Below are positions 39,280-51,300 of a DNA stretch of 64,000 nt, piece after piece. The position numbers and the translations under genes were made by a program. How positions within the stretch are numbered: position 1 is the stretch's first letter; each line of letters opens with the position of its first letter. The stretch comes from Balanoglossus misakiensis (lineage: Eukaryota > Animalia > Hemichordata), in assembly GCA_040954595.2 (NCBI GenBank), contig CM082591.2, positions 8,348,380 to 8,412,379 of the forward strand, in the 5' to 3' direction. The notes below the pieces were generated by a model. It made no database searches. It saw nothing but the letters and a program-made list of their open reading frames with translations, and was not told the origin of the DNA.

Positions 39280-39607
39280 CTTAACAGAAATTCAGAAAAC
39301 ATTTTATGACATAAAACAGGTCGACGGAGAGGATTAAAATGTTTTCAATAATCTGTACAGTGAATATACAGGAAAAATAGCAACATTATTCAACAAGTTA
39401 TACAAGTTATGTGAAAATGTTGCATCAAACTTTGATAGGGAAAATGTGCCATTCAAAGTGTTTGCTTGCAGGTACTGAACCAATTTCAGAATTTTCGATA
39501 AATTTTCAGAATTTCTTTTAAATCTTAGGTTTTCTTCAACAGACATAAGTGTTTCCATCACCTTGATGTTTTCAAAAAGAGAAAGTATTATTTTTGAAAT
39601 GTGGAAT

Positions 39608-39819
39608 TACTGTAAAACATGTTATTTTCATGAGCAATAAATTTTTCGCGAAATACGCGAGAACCAAAATAGCGTGAAAATAAAAAGTCGCATAAATTTT
39701 TTCGAAGATAATGATGCAGTGAATGAAATAAGAGAACGCGAAAATTAATACTAGCGAAACAGTGGCCTCTCTCGATATCGCGAAAATTTCAACTCGCAAA
39801 AATAAAGTGTTTTACAGTA
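39608..39819. mobile_element. Tc1/mariner-type MITE (repeated in each array unit)
   Basis: TA-CTGTAAAACA...TGTTTTACAG-TA; an inverted homologue lies at 45530-45740. Confidence 0.85.
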
Positions 39820-39845
39820 GTTTGGAACACGGTTATAATAATAAA

Positions 39846-41721
39846 TTAAAGCTGCAAGCAGCGTTGGCGGGGCACAAGCGGTTCCCATGGTAACCAGCAA
39901 ATGCCAAGGCTGTATCTGCTGTGGATACCAAGATATGGGAAAGTAGGTCAAAGGTCACTTGAGGTCACCCCAAATTTGGGCATAAAAATCGGACCCCATA
40001 CAAGTCTAGGTCCAACAAAAACAGGACCCCTATCTCTATTGGTTCGCCTAGAATTAGGTATGTGCATAATTAATGAGGTCTTGTGTAAGACTCCATATGT
40101 GCTCCATCTGCCCCCTCAAAAGCCAGGACTCTAACTGCTGTGGATGCTGAGATATGGGAAAGTAGATCAAAGGTCATCCAAGGTCACCCAAAATTTGGGC
40201 ATAAAATTTTGACCCCAGAGTGGGCCATGTCCAACTAAAACCAGACCTCTAGCCCTATTGGTTAGCCAGGAATTAGATATGCAGAAAAATGATGTTTCAG
40301 AAATAGGTCAAGGGTCATTGCCAAAATTACCAAAATATTTGTGTCATGTCCTGGCAGCATGCTGTATCTGCTGTGGAAGCCAAGATATGGGAAAGTAGGT
40401 CAAAGGTCACCTGAGGTCACCCCAAATTTGGGCAAAAAAATTGGACCCCATACTAGTCTAGGTCCAACAAAAACCAGACCTCTAGCCCTATTGGTTAGCC
40501 AGGAATTAGATATGCAGAAACATGATGTTTCAGAAATAGGTCAAGGGTCATTGCCAAAATTACCAAAATATTTGTGTCATGTCCTGGCAGCATGCTGTAT
40601 CTGCTGTGGAAGCCAAGATATGGGAAAGTAGGTCAAAGGTCATATTGGTTCGCCTAGAATTAGGTATGTGCATAATTAATGAGGTCTAGTGTAAGACTCC
40701 ATATGTGCTCCACCGGCCCCCCAAAAGCCAGGACTCTAACTGCTGTGGACGCTGAGATATGGGAAAGTAGATAAAAGGTCATCCAAGGTCACCCAAAATT
40801 TGGGCATAAAATTTTGACCCCAGAGTTGACCATGTCCAACTAAAAGCAGACCTCTAGCCCTATTGGTTAGCCTGGAATTAGATATGCAGAAAAATGATGT
40901 TTCAGAAATAGGTCAAGGGTCATTGCCAAAATTACCAAAATAGTTGTGTCATGTCCTGGCAGCATTGGTACCCATGTCCACAAAATTCATGACTGTGGTG
41001 CTTTGACAAGAGGAGGTATGGGGAATATGCATATATAATTAGTTGTTTTCAAACTGGGTCAAAGGTCATGTGAAAATTGCCCCGAAAAATTGTGACAACT
41101 TCCGGTCATATGATGACTCATATCCAAAAAAAGAATTTCTGTGCTGTCAACATTTTGGCTACAAAACGGAATTATCACTTTTCAATGGTTTTCCGAAAAT
41201 CCAACATGGCCGCCATAATGATCGACCAATCACAGTGCGCTTCGCAAACTTGATAGACATAGGTTAGGTGACAACATATCCCAATTCCCGAGACCCGGTA
41301 ACCGCTGGTTCTGGAGAAGAAGATTTTTAAAGTTTTAAGTAGTTTTTCAGAAAAACAATTGTGGCAAAAAAACTTTATGTATGACGTCATGATTTCAATG
41401 GGGTAAAATGATGGACAGAAGGTAAGCTACCTGCACACCAAATTTGAACTCGATCGGCCCAGTGGTTTTTGAGAAGGACTCATTTAACGATTTTCAGGAA
41501 ATCCAATATGGCCGCCAGGTCACGTGACTAATTAAATATTCAGGAGCGACTGCGCATCTACTCATTGGCCCCTACCACCCTACCAAGTTTCAGCCCCCTA
41601 GGTGCTGCGGTTTTCCAGATCTACCATGACATATTTCTCGGAAGAAGAAGACGGAATAATAAAGAATAAAAATTCCAACAATACCAATAGGGGCACAAGC
41701 CCGATAGGCTTGTGCCCCTAA
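39846..41721 (-). mobile_element. Complete non-autonomous Helentron (HINE/DINE-1-like), 1876 bp
   Basis: Absent from array copies 2-4 (empty site aataataaa|ctacac), no TSD, inserted in a T-tract on the minus strand. 5' palindrome aggggcacaagc-N7-gcttgtgcccct, 3' subTIR gcttgtgcccc plus hairpin gctgc-tt-gcagc, and internal ~240-bp tandem repeats. Confidence 0.88.
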
Positions 41722-41780
41722 CTACACGCAACAAACATTAGAGGTTCACCAGAAGACGAAGTGTTAGATCAGAAACTTAC

Positions 41781-44700
41781 CAGACATGTGCAAAGGCTGC
41801 AAGGATCAGCCAATGGAACAAACTGTTCACCAGTTTTGTAAATCTGATTCTCAAAGCTACATTCCAAAGGACCTGTAAATGGAACATGACAACTGGTGGG
41901 ATTATCTAGAGGAAGTGGAAAGTCACTGACTTCTGAAATGTAGTGAATACTAGTACTCTCTTAAAGGCAATAGATCGTCTCACGCGCATGTGTGTAACTT
42001 CCCAGCAAATTTTCCGTTCGATGCATTCAAATAGTGGACTGCCTTCGCTTCCTTCCATATTTCATGCGCACCGTATAAGTAGATTCGGGTTTTGTCCCTC
42101 CTTTTTACCCAAGCTGGTGTTTTCTCACGATCTCCAACATAGATTATGGTCGCCGCCATCTTGTCTGTTGTTAGGACAGAGCACTGCCTTATGGGATTGA
42201 CTGTTCACTAAATGTCTGTAACCAGCGGCTACAGCTGGAACATGCGTGTGAGACGAGCTAGGTGCTTTAAAGGGCAGTGATCATCTTATGCGCATGTGCC
42301 AAACCAGAGACTCTGGTTACATAAATTGTATACAGTCATTGCCATAAGGCAGTGTGCTGTCCTGACAACAGACAAGATGGCGGCAACCACAATCTATGGC
42401 TGATTGGGAAAAAACAGCAAATTGGATGAAATGAAGGGACAAAACTAAAGTCTGGGTGAACATGAAATATAGAAGTAAGCGAAGGAAGTCCACTATTTGA
42501 ATGTATTGAACGCAAACTTTGCAGAACACTTGGATTGGATGTAATGTTTGTAGACATTAATTACACACATGTGCATAAGACGATCATTGGCCTTTTACAG
42601 ACTTTGTCACTGTGAGCAATAAATTGTATCAAGGAATACATACTCTCAGTTGTATTGAAACTTTTTGTGTTTTAAAAAGTTACCACAGACACGCATTGCA
42701 TGATTGAACACCATTTGTTGATGTACATAAAAAAAACTTACTTGCACAGCGTGGACAGCATTCACCTGCATCACGTAGGATTCTATCTTCGTTACATTCT
42801 AACTCAGGACACAATTTGACATCACATGAAGCATGACCATCCTGACAGAAAATACACACAGAGACAATAAGACAACAACTCATATGGTTACCAATTGATC
42901 ATACACTTGTTAAAAATTCACACAAAAACACATTTATCAACATCAGTAAAAATTGAACAATGAATGCTGGACCGTTTTTCCAATTTACCACTTTTGATTT
43001 CGATTGACACTTTTTTAAATCAAAGTATTTTATTTTCTTTGCAACAGCTTTGTGGATGTCTAACTGCAGGGAGATCTAACTTCAACCCTTACGCCAACAT
43101 GGTTGGTCCAAATCCATTGTTTTCTATGGTAAAGTTGGACTTCCAAACAGGGAAATGGGGATGAAAGGTTAATATAAGACTTGCATCTGGGTTATTCACT
43201 TACCATACATATACATGATGTACAAGGATTGAGTTTAAATTCTGTGCCATTCTGATATACAATGCCTGTTGTATTATTCTCACAAACTCTTTCCAAAGGC
43301 TCTCCTATATAGGATAAAGAAAACATTATACGACACACATATTCACAAGTGAGCATGATTGATGTGAGGTCACATGAGTCTCAAAGCCAATCAGAGTGTA
43401 CAACATTCAGACCATTCATCTCATGGTTCATTTCCAGGAAATGCAAGTTTTTTTCAATAGTTTTCCAGGGCTTTCAGACCGAAAATCAATTTTCTGAATA
43501 TTTTTAATTAGATTTCTATGACTTTTGAAGCCAAAACTGACATTTCCTGGGAGTGATTATGCAGATCTTGTGTCAAAAACATCAACAATATTCTGGGACT
43601 TTCAGGAATGAATTTCATTTTTATATTTCTGTCTCTTCAACAAGTGCATAAATTTTGTCAATATTGTCAGACAAGAATTTTTTTAAAAACACTGACCTGT
43701 ACATGTTGGGCAACATGCAGAGTGTTCTACTGTGACTCTCTCTGGAGGACAATTCAGTGTTGGACAGAGAATTGTTAGACACAGCAATATTTCTTCCTGT
43801 AATCAAAAGTTATATGATTCAATCTGGCATACATGCACAATTATCATATACTCTACTTAGAGAATAATGAGCGCCCCAAAGACCCATAATGGACGAAAGC
43901 ACACATTGTGCGTCATAATATACGAGGCGAAGCCGAGTATATTATGGAGCACAATGTGTGCTTGAGTCCATTATGGGTCTTTGGGGCGTTCATTATTCTC
44001 ATTATTTTATAGTTTTGTCAATGCCAGTGAATTTGCAGACTTCAAAAAGTATAGGTGCGAACAATTCAGCCTCGGACACGGAGATCGAGAACAGAGCAAT
44101 GGCGTACGCGTAAACAAAAGGTCACCTGATCGTGGTGTGTCAGTGTACTGTACATTTCTAGTATCATATTCAAACATCAGGAAATAAATAATGAAGGTTT
44201 ATTAACGCATGTGAAAATTCATGTAAGGGTTGTGCTGAAATATATCAGAAAAAGTTTCGATTTTTGTGTAATCTTGGGGAGGACTCGGGGAATATTTGAA
44301 TTCGTTTGCGTTCCCAGGAAAGTTCACGTTTACGGGCGCTCGGAAGGTTGCAATACATAAACAAACTCGCCCTCGATCGACCCTTCGTACCGCGTAGACA
44401 ACATGACAGTGACACTTGCGGCATAATTTTATTTTAACGTATAGCTTGACATGACTGCTTGGTACATGGTACACTGTATGTATGGTGAACGAATGTCAAA
44501 TCCAGCGTCATGGAGAGGTTTGCTTTACGTGCGTGAGCGAGCCATGTTGACTGCGCGTGATTCAAGAGCAGACGACATGTACTGCAGCCGTATAGGAAGT
44601 AAAAATAAACAAAACGCCAGCCGAGGACAGATTTGGAAATTAATAAATATCGCCATATTTATTCTGTGTACGTTTGCATTTCTTTTTTTAGCCCTTAAAA

Positions 44701-47136
44701 TGTTCGCATTGTTTGAAATCCTCCGTTATTCAGTCGGAAATTGTACACGTCCACTGGTTCTTGGGTGCGTCGCGCGTCCATCGAATAACAGGATACATTA
44801 TCAGTAATAATGTATAGCTATGACGTCACAAAATTCACTGGTATTGATAAAGCTATAATATAATGTGGAATCATGTCCTCATTTAACGGCTTCGTGCATT
44901 TTCTATGTATCATGCACGGGCTAGTTGCCCAATTAAGATCACTGTTTTTGTTCTTGTGGTATCCTTAAATAATTCTTATGAAAACACATCAGAGTGAGAT
45001 TTTAACCTGTTTTTTTTCAGTGCTTTGATCGTAGAACAGTGTAAAAAGCTCCCAAGAAGTCCAATAACTGATACAATTATTTTACATCTTTATATCATTT
45101 TTGTTCAGGATGAATCTCCTGTCTATGGTTAATGGAACAAAAATTGTCATTTGTTGAATATAAATTAGTTGTTGTTTCATCTGTAGTTTAATGCTCTGTT
45201 TCCTTGACCACACAAATTAAAGTTGTCATTATAAAAATTGTATACACATGTTGGTTGTAATTGGAGAATAAGACAAGAATTCGCTCATTAAGATGTCCAT
45301 CTTACCGAACACTGGCATTCCAAACATTGGTCGATCGTCATCTGGTTTAAAAATAGCACCTTCCTTATAAGTGACACCTCTGAATTCGCAACCAATACAT
45401 GCTTGACAACACTGGTTTGGAACTCGCACTGGGTTCTCACACGGTGCTGGACATGTGACAGTTGTACAGGAGATGTCTTGGTCCTGTCAACACAAGAAAC
45501 AAAAACGTCCAAGTTACAAACAAGAGAAATACTGTAAAACACTTTATTTTCGCGAGTTGAAATTTTCGCGATATTGAAAGATGCCACTGTTTTGCGAGTA
45601 TTAATTTTCATGTTCTATTATTTCATTCACTGCATTGTTATCTTCAAAAAAATTTACGCTACTTTTTATTTTCACGTTATTTTGGCTCTCGCGTATTTGG
45701 CGAAAATGTATTGCTCGCGAAATTAAAGTGTTTTACAGTATGAATGAATGAATGAATTTTATTTCACCAGAGATATGTCGATATATATATATATATAATA
45801 CACTGAATGTAAAAGGAAGATGTTACATATTTCCAGTGTGGACCATGGAAATAGTTTCGCGGAAACTAGTCTAGTCCATGGCCCATATTTCTGAGTTAAT
45901 AAATTATAAAGATGTCAAACAGTTGTAAACGACACTAGTTACACAAGATAACATAATTGATACACAGATTAAAAATTATTATATAAATAGCCCAAAGTAC
46001 AGATCTAGAAATCTAATTACTGAGATATATGACAAGAAGCAAAGATCCACAAAACATGAAAGCTCATCAGAACAGCAGAATGTGACACTGTACACATTGT
46101 TGCTGCACAAAAATGTCTTGGCATGAACACACTGCATGTGCTTATCACCCTCAAAGCCAAAAGTGCTCTGCATGTGCTTATAACAATCAAAGCCAAATGT
46201 GCTCTAACACAAGATATATTCTTCATTAAAGGGACAAAGTCTCTCTTCTTCCCCATTTTTAATTAATTATGTTTGATACAAGACACCGTTTATGTTATTC
46301 TACATGTGGATTTATAGGGAATCAACGTTCAACCACACACTACCTCCATCCCACTTGTAGACGAGAGGGGAAAATCTCGCCAAAATGAATAATCAGTCTC
46401 TACCATTTATTCATTTTGGGCGAGTTTTTATTTTCATATCATACAAGCGGGATGGAAGTTGTGTGTCGTTGAACGTCCATTCACTACATGTACATATACA
46501 CATGTACATTTACATAAACAGTGTCTTGCATCAGACATAATTAATTGGAAAGGGGCAGCGAGAGAGAGACTTTGTCCCTTTAAATCCACCAATCAAAGTA
46601 ACTTACATCACATATACATGTTGTACAGGGATCATCTTGAAGAGTCCACATGTCACCATGGTGATACGTTGTGTCATCAATGACCGGACAGTCTAAACAA
46701 AGAGACAAAGAAGACATTTTATACAGCGCTATGTCACTCTGGTTGAAAACATGATGATATGGAATACCATTATCTGGGTGTTCAAATTATATAGAATTCT
46801 TCTGTTTTGCAGTATTAAAATTGTTTTTATTACTTTTCTGATCAATATACTGGTATTGTGTAAAATTCGATTGATTGATTGGTGTGTGCTTTGTCTACAG
46901 CCCGTGCACTTACACAGCATCTGATAATTCATACAGGAAAGATCACAACAAGTGATGACTCATAGAGGAGAGATCACAAAAAGTGATGAGTCATAGAGGA
47001 GGAAGCACAGCATCTGATGACTCATCTAACCTGTCCACTTACCTAGACATTTAGGACAGCACTGCCCTGGTACACTTGCAAAATTAGAACACCTTGTGGC
47101 TTCACACACTGTTAAATTACAAGTCACAGTACCATC
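41781..47136 (-). CDS. VWC exon block of array copy 1: 47043-47136, 46607-46692, 45306-45483 (frameshifted), 43697-43796, 43204-43304, 42742-42841, 41781-41872
   Basis: For example DGTVTCNLTVCEATRCSNFASVPGQCCPKCL|DCPVIDDTTYHHGDMWTLQDDPCTTCICD and DGHASCDVKLCPELECNEDRILRDAGECCPRCA|SPLECSFENQIYKTGEQFVPLADPCSLCTCL; all GT-AG. Confidence 0.88.
41961..42598. mobile_element. Two related Kolobok-type MITEs in opposite orientation sharing one TTAA (41961-42270, 42267-42598)
   Basis: TTAA-flanked, imperfect ~30-bp TIRs, mutually inverted internal homology; repeated in each array unit. Confidence 0.8.
43860..44862. mobile_element. Crypton-like non-autonomous element with 141-bp terminal hairpin
   Basis: Palindrome 43860-44000 centred on gaggcgaagccgag, plus a second inverted repeat at 44002-44033 / 44830-44861. 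Family assignment is from recalled motif only. Confidence 0.5.
45530..45740. mobile_element. Tc1/mariner-type MITE
   Basis: TA-CTGTAAAACAC...GTGTTTTACAG-TA. Confidence 0.85.
45740..45990 (-). mobile_element. LINE (L2/CR1-group) 3' tail
   Basis: Stem-loop 'gccatggactagactagtttccgcgaaactatttccatggtc', AATAAA and a (TTCA)n tail on the minus strand. Confidence 0.6.
46318..46484. repeat. ~165-bp imperfect palindrome (hairpin MITE)
   Basis: aacgttcaaccacacactacctccatcccacttgta...ctcgccaaaatgaataa versus ttattcattttgggcgag...tacaagcgggatggaagttgtgtgtcgttgaacgt. Confidence 0.75.
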
Positions 47137-47259
47137 CTGTAAATACAAATTATATTATATCATGCTACCGTTCGTGATTCTGATTGGACGAGAGCTGAAT
47201 CCAGCCATGGTAAAGTACTGTTTTACCATGGCTAGCAGTGGTAAAACGGGCCCCTGAAC

Positions 47260-48156
47260 CACAGGGATTTATTCAGGGAACGTTTAAGTAAGAATTATAT
47301 GATATAAACTGAATAAATTTGTTGTCGGTCAACTCTTCTGTCTTTGTCTTACCGATACGGTTCTAACCGGAACACTTAGGCTTCTCTGCTCATACACTAC
47401 ACATTATAAACAATGGATGATAAAATGCGCCCTCTTTTGGTGAACTCTTACTACCGCCTGACCCCTCCAGCTGACCGCCTACTTGCCTTACTGGACAAGG
47501 GAAGAAAGCCGGCTATCCAGCGAAATCACGGCCTGTCGCAGGTGATTTTTCAAATGAACCCCATATATAGTTTTCAGTTGTTTTTATCATGCTGTTGACG
47601 ATCAACAGTGTTGAAATTACCAACCACGAAGTCTACATCTGGAAGAAGATTACTACATTACCGCACGAAGCTGTTGGAGCGCGCGAATCGTGTTCAAAGA
47701 CGTTCGTTATAATTGCTAATGAGAAAACAGCACGTAGTTAATCCGATGAATGACAACTGCAAAAATGGCCAGAGGCGTGACATATTGCTCCATACTCGAT
47801 CGACTGGTTGCTTGTAGTGACAAGGACGCTCATTTATTCAAGGGCATTCCCACCAAAATATATGAATATTTATGTATGTCAAGTGCCGCGCGCTTTACGC
47901 GTTGAGGCGAGCGAGATGGCCTTCTTCCCTTGTCAAGTATAGCAAGGTAGAAGGTCAGGCGGTAGGCAGAGTTCACCAAAAGAGGGCGCATTTTATCATC
48001 CATTGTTTATAATGTGTAGTGTATGAGCAGAGAAGCCTTAGTGTTCCGGTTAGAAACGTATCGGTAAGACAAAGATGGAAGAGTTGACCGACAACAAATT
48101 TATTCAGTTTATATCATATAATTCTTACTTAAACGTTCCCTGAATACATACCTGTG
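47260..48156. mobile_element. P-element-like MITE (897 bp, ~240-bp TIRs, 7-bp TSD CCTGAAC); copies at +7311 and +14622
   Basis: Ends CACAGG...CCTGTG. cctgaac occurs at 47253-47259 and 48157-48163. CAnRG termini and a 7-8-bp TSD are typical of the P superfamily. Confidence 0.8.
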
Positions 48157-48194
48157 CCTGAACTAGCATACGGCAGCAAAATGTGCGGTTAAAC

Positions 48195-48260
48195 CACAGG
48201 GATGTATTCAGGGAACGTTTAAGTAAGAATTATATGATATAAACTGAATAAATTTGTTGT
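48195..48260 (+). mobile_element. Truncated second end of the same P-like MITE forming the array junction
   Basis: cacagggatgtattcagggaacg...aatttgttgt is fused directly to intron sequence equivalent to 39053. Confidence 0.85.
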
Positions 48261-48350
48261 CAATGGCACAGCTCGTCTTGCATTGCGAAGTCTCAGCAGA
48301 ATCCATTTTTGCAGAAAATTTATCATATATCTTAGAAATTAAATTGTTAC

Positions 48351-51300
48351 CTGATATCTCCTGCCTTTGTACATACAATAAGATTCCACAGTACATTTTG
48401 GACAGCAACTGCCATGTGGTAAAATCTGGTTTTCTAGATCACAGTTGATTTGTTCACAATTGGGTCTTTCACAGGTTACCTCTCCATCCTTAACAGAAAT
48501 TCAGAAAACATTGTATGACATAAAACAGGTCGATGGAGAGGATGAAATGTTTTCAATAATCTGTACAGTGAATATACAGGAAAAATAGCAACATTATTCA
48601 ACAAGTTATACAAGTTATGTGAAAATGTTGCATCAAACTTTGATAGGGAAAATGTGCCATTCAAAGTGTTTGCTTGCAGTTACTGAACCAATTTCAGAAT
48701 TTTCGATAAATTTTCAGAATTTCTTTTAAATCTTAGGTTTTCTTCAACAGACATAAGTGTTTCCATCACCTTGATGTTTTCAAAAAGAGAAAGTATTATT
48801 TTTGAAATGTGGAATTACTGTAAATAAATTTTTCGCGAAATACGCGAGAACCAAAATAGCGTGAAAATAAAAAGTCGCATAAATTTTTTCCGAAGATAAT
48901 GATGCAGTGAATGAAATAAGAGAACGTGAAAATTAATACTAGCGAAACAGTGGCTTCTCTCGATATCGCGAAAATTTCAACTCGCTAAAATAAGTGTTTT
49001 ACAGTAGTTTGGAACACGGTTATAATAATAAACTACACGCAACAAACATTAGAGGTTCACCAGAAGACGAAGTGTTAGATCAGAAACTTACCAGACATGT
49101 GCAAAGGCTGCAAGGATCAGCCAATGGAACAAACTGTTCACCAGTTTTGTAAATCTGATTCTCAAAGCTACATTCCAAAGGACCTGTAAATGGAACATGA
49201 CAACTGGTGGGATTATCTAGAGGAAGTGGAAAGTCACTGACTTCTGAAATGTTCTGAATACTAGTACTCTCTTAAAGGCAATAGATCGTCTCACGCGCAT
49301 GTGTGTAACTTCCCAGCAAATTTTCCGTTCGATGCATTCAAATAGTGGACTGCCTTCGCTTCCTTCCATATTTCATGCGCACCGTATAAGTAGATTCTGG
49401 TTTTGTCCCTCCTTTTCACCCAAGCTGGTGTTTTCTCACGATCTCCAACATAGATTATGGTCGCCGCCATCTTGTCTGTTGTTAGGACAGAGCACTGCCT
49501 TATGGGATTGACTGTTCACTAAATGTCTGTAACCAGCGGCTACAGCTGGAACATGCGTGTGAGACGAGCTAGGTGCTTTAAAGGGCAGTGATCATCTTAT
49601 GCGCATGTGTCAAACCAGAGACTCTGGTTACATAAATTGTATACAGTCATTGCCATAAGGCAGTGTGCTGTCCTGACAACAGACAAGATGGCGGCAACCA
49701 CAATCTGTGGCTGATTGGGAAAAAACAGCAAATCGGATGAAAAGAAGGGACAAAACTAAAGTCTGGGTGAACATGAAATATAGAAGGAAGCGAAGGCAGT
49801 CCACTATTTGAATGTATTGAACGCAAACTTTGCAGAACACTTGGATTGGATGTAATGTTTGTAGACATTAATTACACACATGTGCATAAGACGATCATTG
49901 GCCTTTTACAGACTTTGTCACTGTGAGCAATAAATTGTATCAAGGAATACATACGCTCAGTTGTATTGAAACTTTTTGTGTTTTAAAAAGTTACCACAGA
50001 CACGCATTGCATGATTGAACACCATTTGTTGATGTACATAATAAAAACTTACTTGCACAGCGTGGACAGCATTCACCTGCATCACGTAGGATTCTATCTT
50101 CGTTACATTCTAACTCAGGACACAATTTGACATCACATGAAGCATGACCATCCTGACAGAAAATACACACAGAGACAATAAGACAACAACTCATATGGTT
50201 ACCAATTGATCATACACTTGTTAAAAATTCACACAAAAACACATTTATCAACATCAGTAAAAATTGAACAATGAATGCTGGACCGTTTTTCCAATTCACC
50301 ACTTTTGATTTCGATTGACACTTTTTTAAATCAAAGTATTTTATTTTCTTTGCAACAGCTTTGTGGATGTCTAACTGCAGGGAGATCTAACTTCAACCCT
50401 TACGCCAACATGGTTGGTCCAAATCCATTGTTTTCTATGGTAAAGTTGGACTTCCAAACAGGGAAATGGGGATGAAAGGTTAATATAAGACTTGCATCTG
50501 GGTTATTCACTTACCATACATATACATGATGTACAAGGATTGAGTTTAAATTCTGTGCCATTCTGATATACAATGCCTGTTGTATTATTCTCACAAACTC
50601 TTTCCAAAGGCTCTCCTATATAGGATAAAGAAAACATTATACGACACACATATTCACAAGTGAGCATGATTGATGTGAGGTCACATGAGTCTCAAAGCCA
50701 ATCAGAGTGTACAACATTCAGACCATTCATCTCATGGTTCATTTCCAGGAAATGCAAGTTTTTTTCAATAGTTTTCCAGGGCTTTCAGACCGAAAATCAA
50801 TTTTCTGAATATTTTTAATTAGATTTCTATGACTTTTGAAGCCAAAACTGACATTTCCTGGGAGTGATTATGCAGATCTTGTGTCAAAAACATCAACAAT
50901 ATTCTGGGACTTTCAGGAATGAATTTCATTTTTATATTTCTGTCTCTTCAACAAGTGCATAAATTTTGTCAATATTGTCAGACAAGAATTTTTTTAAAAA
51001 CACTGACCTGTACATGTTGGGCAACATGCAGAGTGTTCTACTGTGACTCTCTCTGGAGGACAATTCAGTGTTGGACAGAGAATTGTTAGACACAGCAATA
51101 TTTCTTCCTGTAATCAAAAGTTATATGATTCAATCTGGCATACATGCACAATTATCATATACTCTACTTAGAGAATAATGAGCGCCCCAAAGACCCATAA
51201 TGGACGAAAGCACACATTGTGCGTCATAATATACGAGGCGAAGCCGAGTATATTATGGAGCACAATGTGTGCTTGAGTCCATTATGGGTCTTTGGGGCGT

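Noticed and set aside
39900-41000. Regularly spaced repeats resembling a CRISPR array
   Set aside because: The intervening sequences are themselves repeated; these are internal tandem repeats of a HINE in eukaryotic DNA with no cas genes.
43981-44807. 68-118 aa ORFs repeated identically in each array unit
   Set aside because: They lie within a non-autonomous repeat; identity reflects recent duplication, not conservation.
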